A stretch of DNA of 63,634 bases, filler included, from Octopus bimaculoides (taxonomy: Eukaryota), in assembly GCF_001194135.2 (NCBI RefSeq). It is 7 parts of 6 records of this genome, joined end to end, with 100 filler letters (N's around TTAATTAATTAA, not from the genome) between each part and the next. Parts side by side here need not be neighbours in the genome. Positions count along the whole stretch, not along the records: positions 1 to 24,281 come from NC_068986.1; 6 more parts are not named here. One strand, 5' to 3'. The notes under the pieces are model-generated. The model searched no databases, was not told where the DNA came from, and was given only the letters and a program-made list of their open reading frames with translations. The number at the start of each line of letters is the position of its first letter. Positions within the stretch are counted from its first letter, which is position 1. Positions 1-12,700 of the stretch are shown here, one piece after another. The position numbers and the translations under genes are program-made.

Positions 1-835
1 TATATATATATATATATATATTTATGGATATAATGTGTGCACTTGTGTGTATTATGCTATTATTGGTAAAATATATATATATTAATTCATTCAAGTTAAA
101 ACATGAATGCTAAAAGTATAAAACAATACACTTCCCAAGCAGCAGCTACAATGATTTGACTAGAGATAAAAATCTTATCTCTCATTTGCAGTGATACTGA
201 ATGAAAGAAAGGAATTTCTAAGTACAGCTGCATGTATCTGTGCACATGTGTAAATATTTAGACAAGCGTCTCTGCATGTGCGTGCTTCTTTCTATATCAT
301 AGACATGCAATATGCAGAAGATTATCATTTTTGAACTATTAACATTATTTTTAGAGATGAAAATACATCAGTGGCCTGGAAGATAAGAATATTATTTACT
401 AGTAATTGAGAAATAACAGTTCCTGGTACGAATCTTGTGCATTCCTATGTGCACCTTTAGGGAAGAGACATCTTGTGACAAGTCAGATGAAACTGATTGA
501 AATAATGTTAATATATATTTTTACAGAAATGTAAATAGAGATTTTTACAGAGCCACATTATCAACAACATTATTTTATGTCCAGTTTTGGGGATTTTTTT
601 TTCATACAGGTATGGGCCAAATAAGACTTCTTGAAGCAGTTTTCTATAACCAAATGTTCTTCCTAATGACAACTCATGTTTTCAAGTAAGGTACGTCCTG
701 CTTCACATGTTGAACTGCTAAGCTACAAGACATGTACTGTTCATGTAGGACTCAAGCAAACATCATTACTGTGCAAGCACTGTTAATGCAAACCCATATA
801 GCAACACTCACATGTATGCATGTGTGTGTGTGTGG

Positions 836-878
<43 letters not shown>

Positions 879-3800
879 ATGCATGTGTTGTTTTTTTTTT
901 GCAATATGTGACCGCGTGTGTATCATTGGCAATTTTCTTTCTCCGTCTTCCCTTCTTTGGACTTTTTCTATATTTCTGATGAAGAGCTCCGCTCGAAACA
1001 TGAAACCCTCTTTCTTCTCTTCCCTTTCCTGAGCATCCAATAACACTGTACTTATTCCACGTCCTCACGTTGTTGTTTTTTCTTGCTTGTTCATGTTTGG
1101 CTTGAGTATATATATATATATATATATGGTAGTTGGTAAACTAGTTATCTATTTCTACTTTACTTGTTCATATGTTTAAAATTTGCCTGACGATGGTAGG
1201 TTTTGCCATGTTGTAATCTAAAAATGCACCAATAAACTGCCACTAAAACAGCTGCTGTGAATTTTGAACCCCATTTATGTTCTTCATTTATACATACACT
1301 ATGCTTGGAACCATCTCTGGATTGGATGTGTAATTTACACCAGATTGAGTACTTATGTGTTTATGTATCTGTCTATGCGTATATTTATATATAAAAATGT
1401 GTGTGTGTGTGTGTGTGCACACAGTGTAGTACCAACAAATGAAAACAAAAGCTTCAACATACTATAGGCTCAAAACTAAGTACCCAACAAGTCCTGGTGT
1501 CCTACAGATTAAGATACCTAGATTCTAATGAATCCTGCAATTGATCTATCTATAAACACATACAAAAAATTCCACTCACAAGGCATTGGTCAGCCAGAGC
1601 TATAGTAGGAGACATCTGCCCAAAGTACCACACAATGAGATTGAACCTGATACTGCATGGCTGTGAAGCAAGATTGTGAACCACACAACCATACCTGCAC
1701 AAGGTCACAAATTTGATGGGATATGTAGAGTCAATTATAGCAACCCCAGTTTTTAACTGGTTCTTTATTTTATTGATCTTGAAAGGAAGAAGAGGTAAAA
1801 TTGACCTAGGTGGAACTTGAACTTGGAATGTAAAGGTCTGTTCAAAAAAACATGCTGTGCCTACAGATGAGAATGCATCAGTGCAAATATACGAAAGAAA
1901 AAGTTTTATCTTTAAAGATATAGAGTTTAAAAACATTACACCTCTCTATTTCCATCATCAATCAAACTCCAGCAGAAGACATATGTTAAACTTAATACTT
2001 CAGTTTATACTATATGTCAAAAAAGGAACTCATCTTTTCATCTCTAAAAATGGTTGAGAACCACTCTCCTAGACTGCAGCCAATAAAGTATCATCCAACC
2101 GATTAACTCATTCACAGACCTGTTCCAGTCACTAGCCCACAGACTGGTCATTTCTTGTATAAGGGCAATAAATTGTTAAAATCATTAGAGCACTTGCAGT
2201 ATTTATTCCCGCTCTCTGCTTTCAGATGCTGTTGGAGTCAACTTCACTGTTTGTCCTTTAGGGACAAAACAGAGTAAGTACCAGGCCAGGATGACGGAAT
2301 GGCTTAAGTCTTAGTGAATCAGATGAGCCGCTTTATGGTTTTTGTTCCAGTATTTCATGGTCGGGTTTAAATTTCAGCTCAGTAATTCGTGTCTGGGTGA
2401 TGATCAGGGCTAATCGTCAGACCATGAGAACCACAATTCATTATGGAGGTGGTACAGAGTGGAAGATGATTACAAATAGTAATACAAATGTGAGATAAGA
2501 GTCCAGCACCATGCATTCTGCTTTTCTGTTTTTTAGCATCACTAACTATATCTCTTAATCATAATGGGGGATGAGTTAACTCTGCACTGCTTTCATAAAT
2601 TGTGTTGCTTTGTGCCCAAGTTGGGAATCATTATTATTAGACAAAACGCCTGTGGAGTTCAAAACCTGCTGAGCTCAGGTTTGCATTTTATCCTTCTGGG
2701 ATTGATAAAAATAAAAGAGAAAAAAAACTAAGGCTGACATACTTGACTGCACTCAGACCCAAATTTCTTACCTATGCCTATATAAGGAAACATTATCATT
2801 ACTATTATTATATATAATTTAAGTAACACAGCAAATCTCAGGAAAAACCATCACTCAGCACATTTCAGCTTAAGACAGCTGAAAAAATGTCTCTCTCTCA
2901 CACATACATGCAGCTATCATCATATTTTCGACAGCAGTGAAGGGATTTCAAAAGTCTACTACCATAAATGACTACTACACTTACCTGCTAGTGTGTGACA
3001 GATATAGTTAGAAAGAAGAAATAGAAAACTGGGTACTGGAAATTCCAGTAGCACAAATCTGAAGACAGACACGCTTCTGACAATCACAGTTAAAATCAAC
3101 TAGAATCTCAATGATGAAGCTTGACTATTTGTCTGCTTACATAGCTTGTTACACAATTAGTTTAACTTATCAACCAGACAAACCAACAAGGGAACTTCTA
3201 AACCTTTTATTTTAGTATCAAGGGAAAAATTCCAAGTGCATAAGGCCAGTGGGGAGGATGTACATGTTATATTAAATTACAGTTTAGACCTAGAGTATTA
3301 AACTACTTCTGTTCTATGTTGTCTCTCAGATTGCTAGAAATAGCAGCCAAATCTTACTCAAACCATTCCATACTATCTTAGATAAAGAAGGATGATCATA
3401 AGGTAAGCTACTCCTTGATCATCATAAACATTTTAACATCCAATTTTCCATGTTTCCATGGGTCAGATGGAGTTTATTGAAGTAGATTTTCTATGGCTGG
3501 ATGCCTTTCCCGTCACCAACTTTCACCTGTTTCCAAGCAAGGTAATATTTTCCCCATGACCAGATATATTCTTGCAGAATATGGGAAACGAACGACGATT
3601 TTAGGCTTGCTCAATCAGAGTAGTGACTGACTATTAATTAGGTTCACAAGAAAAAAAAGAGAAATAATTTACCTGCATATATCAGAAACTGAATTAGAAT
3701 AGTGAATTAAAAAAGAAAAAAGTAAAAGTCAACACATGTATGTGTCTATAAGTATACAATTCACGTGATATATAGTGCAAAAATCCTTCTAAGGAAAATA

Positions 3801-4121
3801 AGTCAAAGTAGAAAAATGCTAATATAATTTTATCATAAAAAACATTTTAGTACCAGTTTCAGTCATTGAGAATCTTTCAACTCTAAGTATGGAAAACAAT
3901 TAAATTTTGGAAAAGTTAAATGAAAAGTTTTTTAAAAGAATATTTGCATAGTATTCAAATACAAGGGGGTATTTTCCTTGTTTCTGCCTGTCTCTGTCTC
4001 TCTTTTTTACTCTTGTGGGTTCATACATATATATATATAACGACCATCCCAAAATATAACAATATCTATTTCAACACATGGTTTCACATCAAGAATCTTG
4101 CAACACAAATTCATAAACATA

Positions 4122-4196
<75 letters not shown>

Positions 4197-4379
4197 TATA
4201 TATATATCCTCTTCTTTCCTTTCTAACTAGAGTATCCATGTATCTACAGCAAGACATCTATCTGTTCTTCTATACTTTTAATCTCTCAAGTGGTACAAAG
4301 TAACCCCCACTCAACACAACTCAAAGCTGAGGGGGGGTTTTGCTGTCTTTGTCTTGCAATGTACTTGGTGATTCTGTTG

Positions 4380-4600
4380 GCGATGGTAGCCACATAGAAA
4401 GCACTGGTGCTGGTGCCATGTAAAAAGCCCCCAGTACACTCTGTAAAGTGGTTGGTGTTAGGAAGGGCATCCAAGCTGTTGAAACCATGCCAAAACAGAC
4501 AATGGAGCTTGGTACGGCTTCAGGCCTTACTAGCTTCTGTTCAACTGTTCAAACTATGGGAGCATGGAAAACACATGTTAAATGACGATGATGATGACAC
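4380..4600 (+). mobile_element. Retroposon family B copy
   Basis: gttaggaagggcatcc...gcatggaaaacacatgttaaatgacgatgatg, as at 59583-59832. Confidence 0.75.
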
Positions 4601-4734
4601 ACACACACACATCTACATGTGAAATCAAATGACTAGTAACAATGCTTAAATGCATGTGTAGGCAGATATTTGAGTTTGTATGAGTGTGCCTGTGAGTATT
4701 AGTGTGTAATTATATATCTGCTCTCTTTCTCTCG

Positions 4735-4766
<32 letters not shown>

Positions 4767-4990
4767 TATACATACATACATACAGAGAAGAAGAGATTTC
4801 TTGCACTTGTGAATTTCCATTCTATGGTACATCACCATTTCTTCTATCAATTCGCCAATAATTCTGTATTCCCATTCATAAAAATATCAGTGCAATATTA
4901 TTTAGAGACAGCTACACATTCTACTGCAGTTAGCCATTCATAAAAGTAAGAGAAACACAGTACCTCCCCCTCTTCTACAATATATATATC

Positions 4991-5340
4991 TTCCTTTTAT
5001 CTTTTACTTGAAGAACTTTTAGTCGAATGCATCAACCCTAGTATTTATAATTTTAAAGCCTGGTACTTATTCTATCAGTGTCTTTTGCCAAACCGTTAGG
5101 TTACAGGGATGTAAACACACCAGTACCAGTTGTCAAAGAGTATAGGTGGAAAACGCAAAGACATATACTTACACATATATACGAGAGGCTTCTTTCAGTT
5201 TCCATCTACAAAACCGACTCAAGGCTTTGGTCAGCCTGAGGTTATAGTGGAAGTTATTTGCCCAAGGTGCCATGCAGTGGGACTGAACCAAGAACCATGT
5301 GGTAAGGAAGCAAGCTTCTTATCACACAGCCACGCCTGCC
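4991..5340 (-). mobile_element. tRNA-derived SINE family A, diverged copy
   Basis: Aligns by eye to 5936-6396 (ttctttcagtttcc.tctac, ggctttggtc, gcccaaggtgcca.gcagtgggactgaacc). Confidence 0.8.
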
Positions 5341-5356
5341 TGTATGTATGTATGTA

Positions 5357-5401
<45 letters not shown>

Positions 5402-5420
5402 TAAAAGAGAAACCTCTACA

Positions 5421-5800
5421 TAGGTGCAGATATGGTTGTCTAGTTAAGTAGGGCAGTTTGCAACCACGTAGTTTCAGGTTAAAGTCCCACCAAGCTATAG
5501 CTGACTAATGTCTTTTGAATGAATTTGGTAGATGGAAACTGTGAGGAAGACCATATATATATATATCTGATAATGAATGTATGTTTGTGTGTGTTTGTCC
5601 CTCCCCACAGCTTGACAACTGTTGCTGATTTGTTTATGTCACTGGTACTTAGCAGTTTAGCAACAGAGCAAGATACAATAAGTGCTAGACTTAAAAGAAT
5701 ATGTACTGGGATCAGTTTATTTGATTAAACACTTCAAGGCAGTGTCCCAGCATAGACACACACAGTTCAATGACTGAAAAAGATAAAAGAAAGTTGTTGA
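5421..5800 (+). mobile_element. SINE family A, diverged copy in opposite orientation
   Basis: tttggtagatggaaactg, cttgacaac, aataagtgctagacttaaaagaat and ccagcat segments match the reverse complement of 5936-6396. Confidence 0.7.
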
Positions 5801-5935
5801 CCCAATAGAAATTGCAGCCAAATTATCCTCAAAGGACAGTTTGACATGTAAATAATGATACCAACATGAACAATAATATTTTCTTTTTATCTTGGCACAA
5901 GGCCAGCAATTTTGAGTGGTTGAGAAGTTGATTAT

Positions 5936-6184
5936 ACTCTTTTACTCTTTTACTTGTTTCAGTCATTTGACTGCAGCCATGCTGGAGCACCGCCTTTAGT
6001 CAAGCAAATCGGCCCCAGGACTTATTCTTTGTAAGCCTAGTACTTATTCTATCGGTCTCTTTTGTCGAACTGCTAAGATACGGGGACATAAACACACCAG
6101 CATCGGTTGTCAAGCGATGTTGGGGGGACAAACACAGACACACAAACATACATACACACACACACACATATACATATATATATG

Positions 6185-6239
<55 letters not shown>

Positions 6240-6396
6240 CGGGCTTCTTTCAGTTTCCGTCTACCAAATCCACTCACAAGGCTTTGGTCGGCCCGAGGCT
6301 ATAGTAGAAGACACTTGCCCAAGGTGCCACGCAGTGGGACTGAACCCAGAACCATGTGGCTGGTAAGCAAGCTACTTACCATATAGCCACTCCTAT
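5936..6396 (-). mobile_element. tRNA-derived SINE family A, near full length with internal (CA)/(TA) microsatellite
   Basis: Minus strand reads AGGAGTGGCTATATGG (A-box-like)...GGTTCAGTCCC (B-box-like)...CCTTGGGCAAGTGTCTTC. Many dispersed copies in window (7994, 21700, 31490, 57140). Confidence 0.9.
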
Positions 6397-6855
6397 GTTA
6401 ACTCCCAGTATCCAAATGATACTTATTTTATCAACCCTGCCAAAAAATGAAAGGCAAAGACAATCTTATTATGATTTGAAGTCAGAACATAAAGCTGAAT
6501 GAAATGCTGGCATACTAACAACTCTTGCAGCCCATGATTGAAATGTATTTGTTCATAGTTGCACCTGGTCAGTACTGACCGAGGGCTAAACAACAACTGA
6601 AGTGAGTGAGATACAACCCTCGTTTAGCATGTTGCTGTGGTTGCTGTTTATCCTAAGCTTCTGGAATAAACATTTTAACTGTCACAACCTCTAGATTTTT
6701 AGGGATTGCCTCAAATACTTATATTTTTAGGACTATATTTCCTAATGCATCTTTCTGTTACTTAAGGCAGTTGAATGAGATCTAAAGGATATTTTAATTA
6801 AATCAGTACTGTATTATTATTATCATTATTATATCATCATCATCGTCATCATCAT

Positions 6856-7110
6856 AGGGTGGCAAGTTGACAGAATTGTTAGTACACTGGACAAAATGCG
6901 TAAAAGCATTTCATGTCTTTGCATTCTGAGTTCAAATTCTGCCGAGGTTGACTTTGCCTTTCATCCTTTTGGGGTCGATAAATTAAATACCAGCCAAGTA
7001 CTGGGGTTGATGTGATTGGCTATCCCACTCCCCACAAATTTCAGGCCTTGTGCTTATAACAGAAAGTATTATTACTATCATCATTATTACTGTTGTTGTT
7101 GTTATAATTA
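6856..7110 (+). mobile_element. tRNA-derived SINE family C with (ATT)n-type tail
   Basis: B-box GAGTTCAAATTC, body gactttgcctttcatcctttt ggggtcgataaa...aaatttcaggccttgtgc, ATT tail; copies at ~32610-32836 and ~39838-40051. Confidence 0.85.
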
Positions 7111-7993
7111 TTCTTTGATGCTGTAAATTATTACTATCATTATCTGTATAATCCAATTATCATCTTGTGTGCAGAAAAACAAGTATATTAATGTGTAATT
7201 GGTGTAAGATTCCCCTACACAGTAAACTTACTCCTATGACCTATTTCTGATTACTATCTAAGGGGCAATTTCATTAATTTTGCTATGCCTCTGGTTGAAG
7301 AAAAGGGTAATGATATTCATGCCTATATAAGGAAACTAATTATTCACAAGGAGATGGAGAAGAAGGAAAGGATGCAACAGATGGTAGAATCAGTAGAGCA
7401 ACCAGTAATATATACCTTGCAATATTTCATTACACCCTTGAATTTATTTCCTGAATTCATGGATGTAATTTGTTCTTTATAGAATCTTTGTAGTTAAGGA
7501 GTTTGTTTCCCAGCCATAAGGTTCTAAATTCAGTCCTACAGCATGGAACCTTGAGTAAGTACCTCCTACTATACTGGCCTGACCAAAGTTTTACGCGTGT
7601 ATTTGGTAGGCAGAAATTGAAAGAAACGTGTCATGTATGTGTGCATATGTATATATAACTGGCACTCTGTCAGTTACAGCAGTGAGGGTTCCAGTTTATC
7701 CAATCAACAGAACAGCTGACTCATGAAATTAACGTGCAAGTGGCTGAGCACCTCACAGACATGTACCCTTAACATAGTTCCCAGGGAGATTCAGCATGAC
7801 AGACAAGGTGACAAGGCAGGCCCTTTGAATTACAGGTACAACTCACTTTTGCCAGCTGATTGGACTGGAGCAATGAGAAATAGTGTTTTGCTTAAGGCTA
7901 CAATGCACTGCTGGGAATCAAATTCACGACCTAATGTTCATAAGCCGAATACATTTAACCACTAAGACATGCACCTTCAATATACATATATAT

Positions 7994-8159
7994 AGGCACA
8001 GGAGTAGCTTGCTTACCAACCACACGGTTCCAGGTTCAGTCCCACTGTGTAGCACCTTGGACAAGTGTCTTCTACTATAGCCTCAGGCCGACCAAAGCCT
8101 TGTGAGATTTGGTAGACAGAAACTGAAAGAAGCCCATATGTGTGTGTGTGTGTGTGTGT

Positions 8160-8192
<33 letters not shown>

Positions 8193-8393
8193 TATTTGTG
8201 TCTCTGTTTGTCCCCCACCATCGCTTGACAACTGATGTTGGTGTGTTTACATCCTCATAACTTAATTGTTCGGCAAAAGAGGCCAATAGAATAAGTACTA
8301 GGCTTACAAAGAATAAGTCCTGGGGTTGATTTGTTCGACTAAAGATGGTGCTCCAGCATGGCTGCAGTCAAATGACTGAAACAAATAAAAGGA
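7994..8393 (+). mobile_element. SINE family A copy
   Basis: Reverse complement of 5936-6396 along its length, with (GT)n at the internal microsatellite position. Confidence 0.9.
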
Positions 8394-8926
8394 TATAAAC
8401 ACTCACACATGTATATGTAACTGTATGTTTGTATCTCCTTCATATGATAGGTGAAATGAGTGTCACTGTCAAAGAGGTAGAGTAATTCATTTCTAAAGTT
8501 GTGCTAAGACATATCTAGCCATGAGGAAATATTAACTTGCTTGGAAACAGGCAAGGGTTAGTGACAGGAAGAGCATCTAGCCATAGAAAATTTGTCTCAA
8601 AAACTTCATCTGACCATGCAGGCATGGATAAATGGATATAAAAACGATGATGATGATATTTCTAGGAACAATAAAGGAGACAGCCATTGAATATGGGATC
8701 CAGTTCAGTCAACTATACCTCTTTCCCCCAAATGTTATAGTTTTGCAGCAGCCAAAGTTAGAAATTATCATTATTAAAAGTTGGCCCTTCTTTTCAGGAC
8801 CAGGACAATAAAATACTTCAGTCACTGATATTTGCTAACACTCTATAAATCTCAAGTGAGGCTCACTATCAAGAATTGATTCTACTTCTGGGATGGTGCT
8901 GTGGCTGCTACACAGATATTCTACAC

Positions 8927-9186
8927 AAGTGATTCTCAACCATTTCTTGCCTATGAACCACTTCAATTTTTATTTTACTCTACTGGACTTCCATAGCCAT
9001 TTGATGTGTATAAAACAAACTCTTACTGTATTTTTACGTTATTAAGAATTATATTATAAAAATGAAGATATTTTTTAGAAGTATAAGTATTTTGTAGAAA
9101 TATAAGCAATTTATTGCACATAAATTTTAACAAGAAAATTTTTATATGGATCCCCAAGGGCCATAGACCCCAGTTGAGAACCCCTG
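8927..9186. mobile_element. hAT (Charlie-type) MITE
   Basis: Imperfect 14-bp TIR AAGTGATTCTCAAC / GTTGAGAACCCCTG; flanks TTCTACAC and TTCCAGAC (6/8 match, NTCTAGAN-like TSD). Confidence 0.7.
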
Positions 9187-9441
9187 TTCCAGACTATTCA
9201 ACTACCTTAACATAAGGTCATCACAGACACATTCCAGCTTCTGACCCACATATGTGCTGTGTCCTCTTTCTACCTTCTCTACTACAACTGTAATGACCTC
9301 TGCTTCTCAAAATTGACTGGTCTTTCTGTCAACTCCATTCAGGCAATCAATCTCCTTTGTTTCTCTTCCTTCAGTGTGTAGTGATGAGCATGGGGCATGG
9401 TTGGCAATCTTATGCCCTGCATATGCCATTATACTTTAGAA

Positions 9442-9737
9442 CAGGGGTTTTCAAACTTTTTGACTTGCGGACCCCTTTATATTGCAGGCTTTACCTTAGG
9501 GACCCCCTTATAAACGCTTATGAAATTTATACATAAATATTTGCTTAAAATAACATATATTTTTACATTTATTTATTTAACAGTATTTAACAAATAAGTT
9601 TATTGTCAATTAAAAGATTTCGATTAAAAACCATATATAAAATCAAATTGCCCATAAAAAGTATTTGCTGTTCACGGAACCCCTGTCTTGTCCTTGCGGA
9701 CCCCTGTGGTCCGCGGACCACAGTTTGAAAACCACTG
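9442..9737. mobile_element. hAT (Charlie-type) MITE, 296 bp
   Basis: TIR CAGGGGTTTTCAAACT / AGTTTGAAAACCACTG; 8-bp TSD CTTTAGAA / CTCTAGAA; subterminal GCGGACCCC repeats. Confidence 0.88.
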
Positions 9738-12700
9738 CTCTAGAATGCGGAACTCTTTCCCTTGCTCGTGTCTTTTCTGCAGCTGTTGGAAGATTAATAG
9801 CATCAATTTCACCAGTCTTGGAAAGATTCTGAAAGCCATGGACACTGTCTCTGTTTACTAACCCAGAGAGTAACAAAAAAAAAAAAATGTAAAATGATTT
9901 AACCCTTTTGTTACCGACCCGCTTGGGGGTTCTGTGACACAATCTTCCAATCTAAATTAGTGATCTAAATTAAAACTTTTCCTAAAAATTTTTCTCATTT
10001 ATATTCCAAATATAAGCTTAATAATGACAAAGTTATTTAACTAAATTCTTCATTATCTTAAAGAATAGTTGTCAAGCACTGGAGTCAATTTAATCAACTG
10101 TGTTCTCTTCTAAAATTTGTAGCTTTTCCCACACTATGTTAGCCCCATATCATTATTATTATTGTTTAAATAAACCAACTATGAAGTTGTACGCAGCCAA
10201 TAAAAACTAGAGGCGTTTACCTTTGACATGTCAGGGTTAGCAAAAATTGTGCATACCGTGCCCTGAGGCAACCTACGGTCATCAATTTCAGAAACCCCCA
10301 AATTCTAAAGAAGTAAATATACGTTTATTATTCTGTGATAAAATGACAAAACAAAAAGAATAAGATCCACAAATATTGAGAGAACTTACTGAATGAAAGT
10401 GCTGTGTTATACAAATATACTTGCACACACACACACACGCACACGATATACATATTTATGCACGTGTGTGAGAGAGAGTAAATTATATTAGAGAAGAAAA
10501 AAAATACGTAGCTGAGTAAACTTATTCACAAAAATATCAATAATATCAAATAATCTCTGATTGCAAGCAACACATACCCCAAATCTTTTTACATAATCTA
10601 AACACTGGCGCTTTGGTCCTAATTAGAGAGAGAGAGAGAGGAAGGGGGAAGGATGGAGACAGAAAGAGATAGGGGGAGAGAAAGAGGAGAGTTTCAAGAC
10701 CAATACTTGTAGATAAGGTGAGGAGGGGGAGAGACAAAACAACAATCGATTTATATCGTTTGTCGTATATTAATTATAATTAATGTTTAGGATTATTTTA
10801 TCACATTCAAGGTGGGACAGGATATGGAGCAGCGCTGACCCCCATCCCTTCCGAATTCCCCTACGCCGCAGTTAACTGGGATCAAGGTAAACAAAATTAC
10901 CAACAAGACAAGCTAATGAGCAAGGATAGTCTCGTGTATCACTTATTCAACCTTCTTTCTCTACACTTTCCCCAAAACGATAAATGTTGACAAATGATGA
11001 AAACAACAGCATGAGCTTAATAAAATTAAACTTCATACGCTATAGAGACAAAGTAATACACGCGCTTCAGGGCTCCGATGCATAAACCATACTGATTTCC
11101 TCGAATTATTTATTTATTAATGTATTGGTCCTTCCACTACGAAATACTCGCTTGTCAATCAACGCTGTATTCCACATTTGGTGCAGAGTGATTTTGAATC
11201 TTACCTACAAAGCACTTCAAACCCCTATTGCTCCAGTCCAGTAGTTTGTGTGAGTGAGGGAGGAGGGAGTGAGTGAGGGAGGAGGGAGGGAGGGAGAGAG
11301 AGAGAGAGAAAGGGAGAGGTGAAATATGCTGAATTTTATCTAATAAAGTAGATTATTATGAAACAAAATCTGTTTAAATAGCACAGTATACTATTCATGT
11401 TCATAAATAGTACTGGAAACATGAACCGGATAGAAATATTACTAAAATGCATGTGAAGTACATACCCCGGCTACAAGGTACACGCACACACGCGCGCGCC
11501 TCTCTATGTGTATGTGTGTGTGTGTGTGTTTTTGCAAGAATCTTGTACTGCTTGCTTCACTTGGCCGCTATTCAACAAAGATATTCTTTAGGTAGTTGAA
11601 AATAAAATACACAGAACGGTGCTGAAGCCCTTTGATATTTCATAGTCAACTCCTGCTTATAATCACTATTGTAACACAAGCATTCCAGTGGACAGGCTGG
11701 TTTACCAAGGTTGCTCACTGATAAACGGTTTCAACTCATCCATATTGATTATCTGATAATCTGATTAATTGTGGGCAGTGGAGGTAGGGGGTGAAAATAC
11801 ATAACGTAATGCATCTATCCAAGAGAAAAATATATACATTAGAGATGCAAGAAGGAAAGAAAGAAAAGTGAAACAACCTCAATGACTACATTTGCACGAC
11901 TGATTTGATATTTCTCCTTGTTTAGTACTATTTTCCTGTCTACAACACAAACTCGAAAGCAAATTCTAACTTCCCCAACGGTTCACACAGCGATTCACCA
12001 GCAACTCGTGCAACTACCCTACCGACCAAGGATGCCTCTGCATGGTCACTCGAACAGCTAGAAATAGCAGCTAAAATCATACCCCTACCAATCTTAAGAA
12101 ATACCGGACATATTAAACAGTGTACTTAGTAGTACAAAGGACCTCTTTAAAACAGGATGGTCGTGGCTGGAATGCTTTTGATGAAAGATTTGCTAAATGC
12201 AAGAAACTACTTAGAATGTAAAAATGCTAATTGCATTGCTTTGTCTAAAAATTTTAGACAAAATTTTTGACAAGAATGGGAAAAGGGGGGAACACAAGTG
12301 GAAAAGCACGATGAAAATTTCCTGATAAAATCCTGCCAGTTGGAAAGGAATCCATCACATTCATACCGTAGAGCTGAAATGTGGGCCTTTAAGTGGCTAC
12401 TTGATTGCAAGAAATAGTAGTAAAACCTTCCTCAAGTTTATATTATATCCTCTGAAACAAGACAGACACAATGTATAAATTCAATCCGAGATATACTATG
12501 TTTGAAATAAGACTGCCTTTAATTATAAGTCTGCTTGACTATGAATAGCTTGGGGATCAACAACACGATAGGGGTTTCAAAATGTAGTTTGTCCGATGAC
12601 AGAAACTTTAAAAAAACCCTCATTATCCACAAGTGTCACTGATTTCAGAAAGACTATTTTTAATCATCATGGGTCAGGCTTTAAGTTAGAAGGGAAATTA

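Noticed and set aside
900-1070. Complex, open-frame segment on the minus strand as a candidate NCX exon
   Set aside because: No frame resembles CBD2 or later NCX sequence, and no convincing splice sites flank it.
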